This document shows positions 14,928 to 24,105 of a stretch of DNA of 46,567 nt, piece after piece; within the stretch, counting starts at the first letter, position 1, and every line of letters starts with the position of its first letter. The DNA lies in the IMG/VR virus record IMGVR_UViG_3300048854_000105, positions 1-46,567 of that record. One strand, written 5' to 3'. Under the pieces are notes generated by a model that saw only the letters and a list, made by a program, of their open reading frames with translations, was not told where the DNA came from and searched no databases. A program made the translations under genes and the position numbers. This DNA comes from a virus.

Positions 14928-16559
14928 GTGAACATTCACTTACAGCCCAAGCAAGGGCTGCTGCTGGACTACATCGAGAACCACGAAGCTACCAGGATTG
15001 GTGTTGGTGGCGGACGTGGGGCGGCTAAATCGGGCGGCGCAGATCGCGTCGCCCTTGCTTTGATGATCGACCGGCCCGGTTTTGTGGGCTGTATCGTGAT
15101 GCGGAACTACGATCAGGTTCGCAAGTATCACGTCGAGGCCATGCTTAGGGACTTCCCAGTCCTCGAGCAGTATTTCAAGAAGTCAGATTCAAAGCTCAAG
15201 ATTCCTGTGGGTGGTGTTTATTCGGAGCTCGACTTCAGCTATGCGGAGTCGCTGGAAGATGTAAAGCGCCGGTTCCGGTCTGGTAACTACGACGTCATCA
15301 TCGTCGATCAGGCTGAGCAGTTCACTTGGGAAGAGTTGAGCGAGATGGGATTGGCCGCACGTTCCAAGCGCACGACGGCCAAGGTTGTCCATCTGTTCAA
15401 CATGGGCGGCATAGGTATCCAGGAGTTAAGGAACCGGTATGGTCCGCAGAAGAAGTTCAATGAGAACGAGAGTCCTGAGGCCTACACGTTCCTGCACGTT
15501 TACCCGTGGGATAACGTCGAGTGGGCGCGACAGGCGCTCGGGTCGGAAGGTCTGACTGAGGAAGACTACTACTCGTGGTCAGATCAGCAGCGGTTCGATT
15601 ACTTCACGCAGCACACGGAGTACGGGCGCACGCTGAACGCTCTGGATGATTCGGTTAGGGCCAGAGACCTCTTAGGCAGTTGGGAATCGCTGGAAGGCGC
15701 ATACTTCGGCCGCGTATTCGATTACAAGGCCACGCTGAAGTCGGCGGAGGTAGCAGAGGGCATCATCCGGCCATGGGATCAACGCTGGATGTCTACCGAT
15801 TGGGGCAAGACTCACTTCTGCTCGACGCACTGGCATGGCAAGAGCCTGCTTACTCCGAGCGAGGTGAAGAAGTGGCTGGGCTGGAACGTGCCTAGACCGC
15901 TGACGGTTGTTTCAACGTACCGCAGGCACATCGTGAACGAGCAGACCTCAAGTGAAGTGGGGCGGTCACTGGTAGAGATGACGCCGAAGCACGAGAGAGA
16001 GAGGCTGAACCGATATCCATTCTCTCCTGAGCAGTTTGGGGAGAGGGATTCCGAAGACACGGTGCCGATCATCATTGGCCGTGAGCTGGCGAAGTTTGGC
16101 ATGCCACATCCTGAGCGGGCAGACAACAGCCGCAAGCCGGGTTGGATGCTGATGTATGAGCTGCTGAACAACACACGAATTTGGGCAATGGATCCGGAAA
16201 AGCGCACGCCTGAAGACCTGGCAAAGGCTGGCGACACGGTCTGGATCATCTCTTCGGAGTGTCCTGAGGCGCTGGAAACGATTCCGGTGCTGATGCGCAA
16301 CGAGAAGGATCTTGACGACGTTGTAAAGACCGACAAGGGCATCGCTGTGCTGGCAATGGACGTGGCCGATGACCTGCGGTACGGGATGCAGTCGATGCTT
16401 GGCGCCGGCAGGAAGCCGGCCAAGGTTGTGCATGGGGAGCAGCAGATGGCGCGTATTGAGCGCAAGGATTATCAGGGCGTGTACTTCGCTGAGCTGCAGT
16501 TCAAGGCAGAGCAGAATGCGCCGCAGTTTCAGGTTAGCGGGAGAGTGAGGCGAAGGTGA
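14928..16559 (+). CDS. terL: Terminase large subunit
   Basis: Walker A-like GVGGGRGAAKSGG and Walker B YDVIIVDQAEQF. The nuclease-domain acidic residues are STDWGKTH and AMDVADDLRYG. Confidence 0.85.
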   Translation: MNIHLQPKQGLLLDYIENHEATRIGVGGGRGAAKSGGADRVALALMIDRPGFVGCIVMRNYDQVRKYHVEAMLRDFPVLEQYFKKSDSKLKIPVGGVYSELDFSYAESLEDVKRRFRSGNYDVIIVDQAEQFTWEELSEMGLAARSKRTTAKVVHLFNMGGIGIQELRNRYGPQKKFNENESPEAYTFLHVYPWDNVEWARQALGSEGLTEEDYYSWSDQQRFDYFTQHTEYGRTLNALDDSVRARDLLGSWESLEGAYFGRVFDYKATLKSAEVAEGIIRPWDQRWMSTDWGKTHFCSTHWHGKSLLTPSEVKKWLGWNVPRPLTVVSTYRRHIVNEQTSSEVGRSLVEMTPKHERERLNRYPFSPEQFGERDSEDTVPIIIGRELAKFGMPHPERADNSRKPGWMLMYELLNNTRIWAMDPEKRTPEDLAKAGDTVWIISSECPEALETIPVLMRNEKDLDDVVKTDKGIAVLAMDVADDLRYGMQSMLGAGRKPAKVVHGEQQMARIERKDYQGVYFAELQFKAEQNAPQFQVSGRVRRR

Positions 16560-16879
16560 GCGTTGACTTTTGGTGCGGAGTAATCACCGGCATGGGAATA
16601 GCGTTCATGATTTTTGGGGGCATTGAATTTCTGCGGACAATATCCGGTAAGAGGATCGCGAAGATTAAAACCCCGGCAGAGCTGCCTCCAGCGGGAGAAT
16701 CGCTGTCGAAGATCATGGACGAAGCATATGCACAGGAGATGCCAGGGGAGTTGAGCAAGCCGAATGACTTCAGCGTCAGCGGCAAGCCCCGCACGGTGCC
16801 GTGGAACATCCGGCGCAAAGAGCTTGAAGCAAAATCCCGCACGAAGCGCGAGAAGTTAGAGAGCTTTAGAGACGCATGA
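16556..16879 (+). CDS. TM protein, 107 aa
   Basis: FWCGVITGMGIAFMIFGGI is a hydrophobic segment. 4-nt overlap with terL. Confidence 0.5.
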   Translation: MSVDFWCGVITGMGIAFMIFGGIEFLRTISGKRIAKIKTPAELPPAGESLSKIMDEAYAQEMPGELSKPNDFSVSGKPRTVPWNIRRKELEAKSRTKREKLESFRDA

Positions 16880-17166
16880 GCCAAAAGATAATGTCTCGCA
16901 TCCCTGAGTATCTGGATCTTTGTGGCATAACCAAGGACGATGCGGGCTGGGGCCTGCAGTACAACCTCATATTTGCGAGCATATCCACGAGGGTCCTGAG
17001 ACATGGTTGCGCTCCCAAGGTGGCTGAGTTTCTGGAAGGCATGGGTGCGGTTCATTGCGTCAAGCCTGTTCCCACGGAGGGACGACTGGCCCGTTTAGTA
17101 TTTGGCGTCGTCGGTCTGGCCCACGCTTTTATCAAGAAGTTCGAATCCTTTCAGGAGCATATCTAG
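16876..17166 (+). CDS. Hypothetical protein, 96 aa
   Basis: Track ORF with an ATGA overlap. Confidence 0.45.
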   Translation: MSQKIMSRIPEYLDLCGITKDDAGWGLQYNLIFASISTRVLRHGCAPKVAEFLEGMGAVHCVKPVPTEGRLARLVFGVVGLAHAFIKKFESFQEHI

Positions 17167-17313
17167 ATGGCCAAGTTATTCGCGACAAAGGCATTGATGA
17201 AAGAGCCGGTACTGGTAGACGACAAGAAGCCCTCCCTGTTCAAGAAGGCAGTCAAGAAGCCTGAGGTGAAGCCTGCCGGCTCGAGCATGCTGAAGAGGCT
17301 GACGGGCAAATGA
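17167..17313 (+). CDS. Lys-rich 48-aa miniprotein
   Basis: MAKLFATKALMKEPVLVDDKKPSLFKKAVKKPEVKPAGSSMLKRLTGK. It starts immediately after the upstream TAG. Confidence 0.35.
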   Translation: MAKLFATKALMKEPVLVDDKKPSLFKKAVKKPEVKPAGSSMLKRLTGK

Positions 17314-17387
17314 GGTATTTCCCAGCAGCATGTGGCCTGGCTTTGGTGGTCGTACTTTTCTTTGCTATCTACATGGTTACGAATTGA
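17310..17387 (+). CDS. 25-aa TM micro-ORF
   Basis: MRYFPAACGLALVVVLFFAIYMVTN. ATGA overlap. Very short. Confidence 0.25.
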   Translation: MRYFPAACGLALVVVLFFAIYMVTN

Positions 17388-17578
17388 CAGTCACACATCT
17401 CGATCAGCCGCAGCTTATAGCCAGGATGCTGTATCTCATAGCTACCGGATACGAAGAGGAAGCGGCTGCTCTGGCTAAAGCCTTGGCAACATGGGCCTAT
17501 GACTATAGGCTTGACCGCCACGTCTGCGAACATACCGGAAACGTTTACTTCCATGAATGCGAGGGGTATAGCTGGTGA
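17330..17578 (+). CDS. Hypothetical protein (possibly starting at TTG 17384)
   Basis: Track ORF. There is a TTGA overlap with the micro-ORF stop at 17384. Confidence 0.4.
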   Translation: MWPGFGGRTFLCYLHGYELTVTHLDQPQLIARMLYLIATGYEEEAAALAKALATWAYDYRLDRHVCEHTGNVYFHECEGYSW

Positions 17579-17733
17579 CCGTCGCACAGTTCAAGTGGCG
17601 CCTCGAAGAGAAGGTAGGCGACTTCCAGAGTATCGACGAGGCTTTGGTTGCGCGTGACTGCTTCGCCAATGGCCTATCGGTCCACCTGACCCAGAAGAAG
17701 ATTGAGCAGATGCGAAAGGCGGCTTGGAATTGA
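17575..17733 (+). CDS. 52-aa hypothetical protein (GTG start)
   Basis: VTVAQFKWRLEEKVGDFQSIDEALVARDCFANGLSVHLTQKKIEQMRKAAWN. GTGA overlap. Confidence 0.35.
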   Translation: MTVAQFKWRLEEKVGDFQSIDEALVARDCFANGLSVHLTQKKIEQMRKAAWN

Positions 17734-17987
17734 TCATTAGCGAGGGCGAGATGGGCCGCGGCGGACCAATCCCAGAAGGTTGGCCTAAGCGAGGCGGGGC
17801 TTACGCTGAGACCAAAGAGTATGTGGATCTAATGGCGCATCTTGCAGATCCCCGAGGCGGCGACCCGGAAGGCATGCATTCCCATGCCGAGAAACTCCTA
17901 TGCGCCTATCTCCGCAGCGTGGGACTTTTTCAAGTAGCCGATGCGTGGGAGAACGCTAAAGACGTACAGGGATGGTGGTACGCGTGA
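17724..17987 (+). CDS. Hypothetical protein (probable start ATG 17751)
   Basis: Track ORF. GAGGGCGAG lies before ATG 17751. Confidence 0.45.
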   Translation: MELIISEGEMGRGGPIPEGWPKRGGAYAETKEYVDLMAHLADPRGGDPEGMHSHAEKLLCAYLRSVGLFQVADAWENAKDVQGWWYA

Positions 17988-20218
17988 GTGAACTTCTAGA
18001 CGAGCGGCCAGAGATCGAAGACGAAGAGCAGGAAGAGACCGCTGCGTCCCTGGATGACAACGAAGACCTGCAAAAGAAGGTCATCGACCGCATCATCCAG
18101 CACAACTCCAAGGGCAAGGCGAACCGGATGGAAGAGGTTCAGAACGCCCGCGACCAGAGGCTTTATTTCCGCGACATCCAGCGCTTCATATGGAATGAAG
18201 ACGAAGAGAACGTTGACTTCATCAACGATAGCTCCCCCTATGAGCGCACCTTCAACATCTACCAGCCTTATGGCAAGATCTTCATCGCTACCTTCATGGG
18301 TCCGCGTGCCAAGGTTAGGGCTGAGGCCGACGATCCATTTGACTCGGCGAGCGTAAGGAACACAGCCAAGGCGCAGACCTACGAGCGCGTGTATCGCAAG
18401 TTCAATGACACGCCTACGCAGCAGATGGAAGCTGCCCGGTTGATGTGGACCGATAGCCGGATCATTACCCGCACAGTAAAGCGGGATGACGGCAAAGTGA
18501 TAACTGAGTTCTGGGGTTCGCTGGAGAGCCGAGTGCCAATCACGGCCAAGGCTGATATCGAAATCCCCCTGAAGAACTGCGAACTGATCGAACTTGAGGA
18601 CGAGTTTCCGATCGTTCAACTGAAGCGCGAGATTGGCGATAAGAAGAACGACGCCGGCGAGTCGATCCGCAAGAAGATCAACAGCGGCAACGGCGACAGC
18701 TACGAGCGCAACAGCCGCATCGCAGTGAAGCGCCACGCAGGTACGGACACCTCTCTCGATGTGAGTACGGGCGATGATGCTTACTCGCTGGCAACTAAGA
18801 CATGGAGCTACATGCGCCCAGAGTTCTTCGAGCACTTCGAGGAAGCTGACCGAGTGCAATTGGAAGAGTTGGCGCCAGAAGGCCTCTGCATTGTGCGGAA
18901 TGGCAACGTTTACCTCAGCAGCTATCCATGCGTGATAGATGCGGAGCTTGATGCAATCCTTCCGCTCCCCGGTGATGGCATGAGCCGTCCGAGTGTAGGC
19001 AAGACGACGATGGCGCTTCAGGACTCAGCCAATACCGCGCAGAACTTGATTGAAGAGATCTTGGATCACGGCATCCCGACCACCTACCACGATAAGAAGA
19101 TGGATCTGGACGGCGAGAACAAGATGAGGGCCTTTCCCGGCGCAAGCAGGAAAGCCATCGGGATCCCCGGTCAACCGTTAGCGGCTGGATTCTATGAAAC
19201 TACTCCGGTAAATCCTCCGCAACAGCTCATGAATTACGCCGAGAACCTGAAGGGCCCGCAGGCTCAGTTCGCCAGTGGCCTCCCTCCAGCCATATTCGGT
19301 TCAGAGATGCAGGACCAGAAGACGGCCTCCGGTTACGCTCAGGCTCGTAGTCAGGCTCTTGGGCAGATGGCGATTGTTTGGAAGCCTTACACGGCATGGT
19401 ATTCGCGTGAGTTGACGCGAGCGGTAAAGATGTCGGCAGCAGATGTGCAGGACATTGCAACGACTCTTCCTCCGTCGCGCAAAGGTGGCAAGCCGGAAGC
19501 GGTAAAGATCTCGCCTGCTGAGCTACAAGGGCTTTCCTTCACGAATGACTCGGATGAGAACTTCCCCGAGACGTGGACTGAGAAATCGAACAAGGTCATG
19601 CAATTGCTGCAGATCGGCGGTCCAATGGCCGATTGGGTTCTCGAGCAGGAGCCCGACAATCTTTACCTGCTGAAGCAGATGATTGGCCTTGAGGACTTGG
19701 TTATACCGGGCGAGGATATGCGCAATATCGTGCTGGCGGACATTGCCAGGATGGAGCACATGGTTCCTGAGCCGGATGTTTCGCAGATGCCGCAGCAGGT
19801 ATTTCCCGGAGTGGGACAGCCTCCTTTACAGATCCCCGAGGTCAGCCCTATCCAGTTGGATACGGAGATCCTTGAGGACGAAGATTACGAAGTGGGCTGG
19901 AAGACGGCGAATCGCTGGATGAAGTCTGCGGCTGGGCAGGATGCTAAGGAGGCCAGTCCGGAGTGGTTCAAGAACGTCCGACTATACGCCTTGCAGTACA
20001 AGCAAAAGGTGGACCAGATCAACGCGGCGAAGCAGCAGGCACAGCAGCCGCCTCCGACACCACCAAAGGGGCCCGGAGAGACGATCGGCTACAAAGACCT
20101 TCCGCCTTCAGGGAAGATTCAGCTTGCAGCGCAGGCAGGGATTCAATTGACGCCTGAGGATGTGCAGGCACAAGCGATGCAGGACGCAGCGGCCAAAGCG
20201 CCGCAGGGAGCAATGTAA
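17972..20218 (+). CDS. Portal protein (alternative start GTG 17984)
   Basis: 748 aa, acidic N-terminus, located between terL and the scaffold and capsid genes. Called on size and synteny only. Confidence 0.65.
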   Translation: MVVRVSELLDERPEIEDEEQEETAASLDDNEDLQKKVIDRIIQHNSKGKANRMEEVQNARDQRLYFRDIQRFIWNEDEENVDFINDSSPYERTFNIYQPYGKIFIATFMGPRAKVRAEADDPFDSASVRNTAKAQTYERVYRKFNDTPTQQMEAARLMWTDSRIITRTVKRDDGKVITEFWGSLESRVPITAKADIEIPLKNCELIELEDEFPIVQLKREIGDKKNDAGESIRKKINSGNGDSYERNSRIAVKRHAGTDTSLDVSTGDDAYSLATKTWSYMRPEFFEHFEEADRVQLEELAPEGLCIVRNGNVYLSSYPCVIDAELDAILPLPGDGMSRPSVGKTTMALQDSANTAQNLIEEILDHGIPTTYHDKKMDLDGENKMRAFPGASRKAIGIPGQPLAAGFYETTPVNPPQQLMNYAENLKGPQAQFASGLPPAIFGSEMQDQKTASGYAQARSQALGQMAIVWKPYTAWYSRELTRAVKMSAADVQDIATTLPPSRKGGKPEAVKISPAELQGLSFTNDSDENFPETWTEKSNKVMQLLQIGGPMADWVLEQEPDNLYLLKQMIGLEDLVIPGEDMRNIVLADIARMEHMVPEPDVSQMPQQVFPGVGQPPLQIPEVSPIQLDTEILEDEDYEVGWKTANRWMKSAAGQDAKEASPEWFKNVRLYALQYKQKVDQINAAKQQAQQPPPTPPKGPGETIGYKDLPPSGKIQLAAQAGIQLTPEDVQAQAMQDAAAKAPQGAM

Positions 20219-20437
20219 ATGCAACGGTTTGATTTCAGCAGTTCCGAAGATTTCCGGAAGAAGGCAAGGCAGTGCGAAGGGGATACCTTCTACGTCAACA
20301 GCAAGAGCAAGCCTCTGGCCAAGGGTAAGGGAGCGCTGTTCAACCCCGACGGGGGAATTTTGGGTATCGGATATTTGAAGGTGGACGACTCTCTTCCTGA
20401 GGGTGTTTGCCGCGTTAAAGGAGTAGCGAATGCCTGA
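20219..20437 (+). CDS. 72-aa protein sharing a 15-aa motif with the capsid protein N-terminal region
   Basis: KGKGALFNPDGGILG compared with GGKGRLFNPDGGTLG in 22321..22365 (12 of 15 identical). Confidence 0.45.
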   Translation: MQRFDFSSSEDFRKKARQCEGDTFYVNSKSKPLAKGKGALFNPDGGILGIGYLKVDDSLPEGVCRVKGVANA

Positions 20438-21728
20438 AGAGATGGTATTGGACGAAGTTGCAGCCCCGGAGATTGATGAGACCCCAGCAGAATCGACCGA
20501 GCTTGGCGAAGAGTCCCCTGACACGGAAGTTGTCGAAGAGGCCGAGGAACAGGGAGATGAGACTGAAGGCGAATCAGAGGAAGAGTCTGAGGGCGACGAA
20601 CCAGTAGAGGGCCAGCAGCAGGCGCAGGATGGCCGCAAGATGCCTGATGGCCTGAAGAAGGCTATTGCTTCACTGAAGACGACCAGTCCCGAGACGGCCA
20701 AGCAGATCAAAGGGCTCTACTATTCCGATCAGGAGTACCGCGCCGCGTTCGCAAAGCCTGAGGACGCCGTTGCCGCCAAGAATCTGATTGAAGAGATCGG
20801 CGGGCAGGAGGGTATTCAGGAGATTGCGGCCGAGCGCGAAGAGTGGCAGAAGATCGATGCTGATTTTTCCGAGGGAAAGCCCGAGTTCGTGAAGTCGCTG
20901 GCCGAGGGCAACCCTGAAGCATTCCTCAAGACCGCTCCGCACGTGATCAATGAGTTTGCGACCCGCGCACCTGAGCAGTATGCCTACTATGCCAACCGCC
21001 TGACGCTGAACACAATGTCCAATGCCGGGCTGAGCCTGCAGAACCTGCACGGAGCCTACGAGCGATACAAGGAATCGAATCCGGAAGCTGCTGGGGTCAT
21101 CGCTGAAGTCTATAACGCCATGCACGACATGAACTCCAAGGCAGCACAGTTCGAGCAGAAACGCACGGACCCGCGTGAAGAGCAGTTGAAGCAGCGCGAG
21201 CAGGAGTTTGAGAATAAGCGCCGTGCAGATTTCGAGACGAGCGTTGCAGGTCAGGCCGAGAAGTACCTTGGCGAGAAGATGCAGCCTGAGATTGATCGCA
21301 TCGTCGGCAACCGCAAGGTCGATCCCGAGGCGATGAAAGAGTTTCAGGGTATGGTTCAGCGCAAGGTCGGAGAATTGCTGGCCGCCATCCCTGGCATTGA
21401 AGACAAGCTGGAGGCTTACTACCGCACCGGCGATGCGCAGAAGTCCGTGGCATACGTACAAAGTCAGTACACGCGCCTTATCCCGCAGGCCGCCAAGGTG
21501 ATCGAGCCGTTCCTGCGAAACATCGCACCCGCGGCCGCTCGACAGGCACCGAAGCAGGGAACCGGCAAGTCTACTGCATCTCCGGAGCCGGGCACAGTTA
21601 CTCTGAAGGAGATGCCAACGTGGGATCAGCTAGACCCCGAGTGGCGCTCACGAGTTGAGTCCACAGCCGAGTGGATGCAAGGCCGCGCTGTGTTGAAGAG
21701 CGGCAAGAAAGCTACTGGCTGGGCATAG
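20430..21728 (+). CDS. Scaffolding protein
   Basis: Highly acidic N-terminus, long helical and coiled-coil body, and a position directly upstream of the capsid gene. Confidence 0.55.
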   Translation: MPEEMVLDEVAAPEIDETPAESTELGEESPDTEVVEEAEEQGDETEGESEEESEGDEPVEGQQQAQDGRKMPDGLKKAIASLKTTSPETAKQIKGLYYSDQEYRAAFAKPEDAVAAKNLIEEIGGQEGIQEIAAEREEWQKIDADFSEGKPEFVKSLAEGNPEAFLKTAPHVINEFATRAPEQYAYYANRLTLNTMSNAGLSLQNLHGAYERYKESNPEAAGVIAEVYNAMHDMNSKAAQFEQKRTDPREEQLKQREQEFENKRRADFETSVAGQAEKYLGEKMQPEIDRIVGNRKVDPEAMKEFQGMVQRKVGELLAAIPGIEDKLEAYYRTGDAQKSVAYVQSQYTRLIPQAAKVIEPFLRNIAPAAARQAPKQGTGKSTASPEPGTVTLKEMPTWDQLDPEWRSRVESTAEWMQGRAVLKSGKKATGWA

Positions 21729-21834
21729 ATATTAGGCGTGCCTGTGATAGGGCATTAGCGACACCTGCTAGCTGACGAGCGAAGTGGTGTCACAGCCGGA
21801 AGAGACTGGCTCCAAAATTTATAACCACGAGTTA

Positions 21835-21941
21835 GCGCGATATGGCTGAGAGGCTAGAAGGCTGAGTTGACCTAGCAATCCGGGGGAACGACGGTCATGC
21901 GACATACCCCTGGACCGAGGGTTCGAATCCCTCTATCGCGC
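21835..21941 (+). tRNA. Aberrant tRNA-like element with a class-II (Ser-type) D-arm and a canonical T-arm but no canonical anticodon arm; 106-107 nt
   Basis: The acceptor pairs CGCGATA with TATCGCG. The D-arm is TGGCTGAGAGGCTAGAAGGC. The T-arm is GAGGG-TTCGAAT-CCCTC. 54 nt lie between the D- and T-arms. Confidence 0.45.
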
Positions 21942-22131
21942 TAAAAAGTTTCGTCACAAATCTGCAATGCGATCGCGGGGGCGTAAACCCGTGCCTTCGG
22001 GCGAAAACGTTTATCGCTGCGCAGTAAATGTGACACACCCGCAACACAATTAACTCCCCGCTGCAAGGTCATACACAGCACTACCCAGGCTGCGCCGCAA
22101 GGCGGAAGGGGCGACCAGCAAGCACCCCAAG

Positions 22132-23415
22132 GTGTTTGAAATGGCTGCTACTACTACGTCCAATGTAGTCGGACTCCAAAAAGAGCGCGTGCTCTCTAAC
22201 CTCCCTAAGTTGTTCCTCGGTGGTGAAGACAAAACCATCACCATGATTATGAGGAACGGTGGGCTTGGATCTATTCCAGTTTCCAAGCGTTCTCTGCGCA
22301 TCCCCCTCCAGGTGGCACCTGGTGGCAAGGGACGCCTGTTCAACCCCGATGGCGGAACCCTCGGACGCGGTGGCTCGATCAACACCGTACCGGGGTTCGT
22401 ATCTACCAAGGGCATCCTCTGGGCTCTCGAGTCCACGACTGAGGCATATTGGGGCACCAACTCCGATGCCAAGTCGGTTGCATCGCTGACCGCTCTCGAG
22501 CAGTCCCAGCAGATGGAGAACTTCAAGCAGTTCCTTGATGCTCTCTTCTTCTCGCCCTCTGGAACTCTCGGCGTGATCTCGGCTCTTGCCAGCCCGGTCA
22601 TCACCGTTGCCAACGCCAACAACTTCTACATCGGGCAGGATGTTCTCTTCTATCCTTCGCTCGGTGGCACGGTTCGTTCGGCCACTCCCTCGACTGTTGC
22701 CTCGGTGGACTCCAACAACAAGCAGATCACGCTTGCTGCGGCTGCTCCTGCTGGTACGGCAGTCGGTGACCTGATCATGGTTGACGGCTCTCCGGGTACG
22801 GCTGGCTCGTCCCTGTCTTCGCTGTATGACTACCACGTCTCAGCGAACACCGGAACCGTCCTGACCCTGAACCGCTCCTCCTACCCCGGACAGCTCAACA
22901 TCTCGGCAGTTGCCGCAGGTGGCGCGCTGACCCCGGTCATGGTGCGGACCATCCTCCAGATGTCGATTCGCAAGATCGGCTCAAACAACAAGGCTCTGCT
23001 GAGCTCTCTCAAGTTCATTGTGGGTGTTGAGCAGGCGGCGGCATGGGAAGCAGCGGGTACAACCATCTCGCAGGTATTCCGTCCGCAGAGTGGACAGGGG
23101 CTGAAGACCTTCGACGGTCTGCCGGCAACCACTCCTGACACGATGGCCGGTCGCGAGCTGATCACCCAGCTCCACGGCGATCCGACACGGGTCGATTCCA
23201 TGCTTCTCAAGAACTGGGGCATGGCGACGACCAAGGAACTGGGGCCGTACTCGCCTCCCGGATCCTCAACGACTGTCTTCCCGGTTATCTCGACCACGGA
23301 CGGTTCGATCGTGGCTTCCAACCTGAAGTACTGGTGCATTGAGGCAGACGTGTTCTGCATCAATCCGGCGCAGGAGTCGGCCATTACGGGCCTTACTATC
23401 CCGGCTGGCCTGTAG
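22132..23415 (+). CDS. Major capsid protein (probable start ATG 22141)
   Basis: About 425 aa, directly after the scaffold gene, and followed by a stem-loop. Called on synteny and composition. Confidence 0.7.
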   Translation: MFEMAATTTSNVVGLQKERVLSNLPKLFLGGEDKTITMIMRNGGLGSIPVSKRSLRIPLQVAPGGKGRLFNPDGGTLGRGGSINTVPGFVSTKGILWALESTTEAYWGTNSDAKSVASLTALEQSQQMENFKQFLDALFFSPSGTLGVISALASPVITVANANNFYIGQDVLFYPSLGGTVRSATPSTVASVDSNNKQITLAAAAPAGTAVGDLIMVDGSPGTAGSSLSSLYDYHVSANTGTVLTLNRSSYPGQLNISAVAAGGALTPVMVRTILQMSIRKIGSNNKALLSSLKFIVGVEQAAAWEAAGTTISQVFRPQSGQGLKTFDGLPATTPDTMAGRELITQLHGDPTRVDSMLLKNWGMATTKELGPYSPPGSSTTVFPVISTTDGSIVASNLKYWCIEADVFCINPAQESAITGLTIPAGL

Positions 23416-23421
23416 CAAATC

Positions 23422-23449
23422 GAGGGGCTGGCTAACCGGCTGGCCCCTC
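23422..23449 (+). terminator. Stem-loop after the capsid gene (attenuator-like, no T-tract)
   Basis: GAGGGGC (23422-28) pairs with GCCCCTC (23443-49). Confidence 0.3.
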
Positions 23450-23469
23450 CACTTACCCCCAAGGAATCT

Positions 23470-24096
23470 ATGCGAATCCCGCTCCGCAAAGGCAAATCGA
23501 CACCTGAGTTTATCGATAACATTCTCGGCGTATTCGGCAACAACCCTTACGGCGAACCTCTTTACCGCCTGATCTGGTCAGAGCGCAAAATGATTTACTT
23601 CGAGGGCGATAACGTACCGGAATACATCTATCTCGATCCCTGCTGGATTCTCGAAACGTGGATGCCACCGGAAAAGGCTGCCGGGCCCCGTTCTCAGTGG
23701 AACGAACGCATAGAGCAGATCAATGGAGAGTATCCCAGCGAAGGTCTCTATTTCTTCTCGCTGAACTTTGAGCATGACTGGGAGCCATCGGAGGAGAACG
23801 TTCGCCTCTTGGCCAAGGGGATTGAGATGTCCCGCGACATCCCCATCGAGCAACGCGCCGCGGCTATCCGGCAAAACCTCGAAGAGACTGCACGCCTGAA
23901 GCGCGAGGAAGTTGCGGACGAAATTGTTGAGTTGTTCGACTCGGCAGCAATGGGCCGGATTCAGCAGTCGGCCAGTGGACCGAAGAACAACTTCCGCACT
24001 CCCGAAGACTTTGAGCGCGACCAGGAACGTATAGGCCGCGTATCGCACAAGGATTATGCACGACTGCCAAAGGCTGGCGGAAAGCTTATCAACTAA
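23470..24096 (+). CDS. Virion-module protein, 208 aa
   Basis: AAGGA RBS. Position within the structural module. Confidence 0.55.
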   Translation: MRIPLRKGKSTPEFIDNILGVFGNNPYGEPLYRLIWSERKMIYFEGDNVPEYIYLDPCWILETWMPPEKAAGPRSQWNERIEQINGEYPSEGLYFFSLNFEHDWEPSEENVRLLAKGIEMSRDIPIEQRAAAIRQNLEETARLKREEVADEIVELFDSAAMGRIQQSASGPKNNFRTPEDFERDQERIGRVSHKDYARLPKAGGKLIN

Positions 24097-24105
24097 GGAG
24101 ATGTT

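Noticed and set aside
17996-18859. 287-aa minus-strand ORF inside the portal gene. The same applies to the other long antisense ORFs at 15812..16465, 20108..20710, 20670..21461, 22081..22836, 22881..23543, 26820..27767, 34788..35414, 36270..36968 and 39438..40046.
   Set aside because: All lie antisense to long, syntenic structural genes. They have biased shadow-frame composition and no RBS or operon logic.
21835-21941. Calling the tRNA-like element an amber-suppressor or selenocysteine tRNA
   Set aside because: CUA occurs in the candidate loop but not at positions 34-36 of a 7-nt loop with U33. The D-arm is not the 6-bp Sec type. TAG is used as an ordinary stop by the capsid and scaffold genes. 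No isotype can be assigned by eye.
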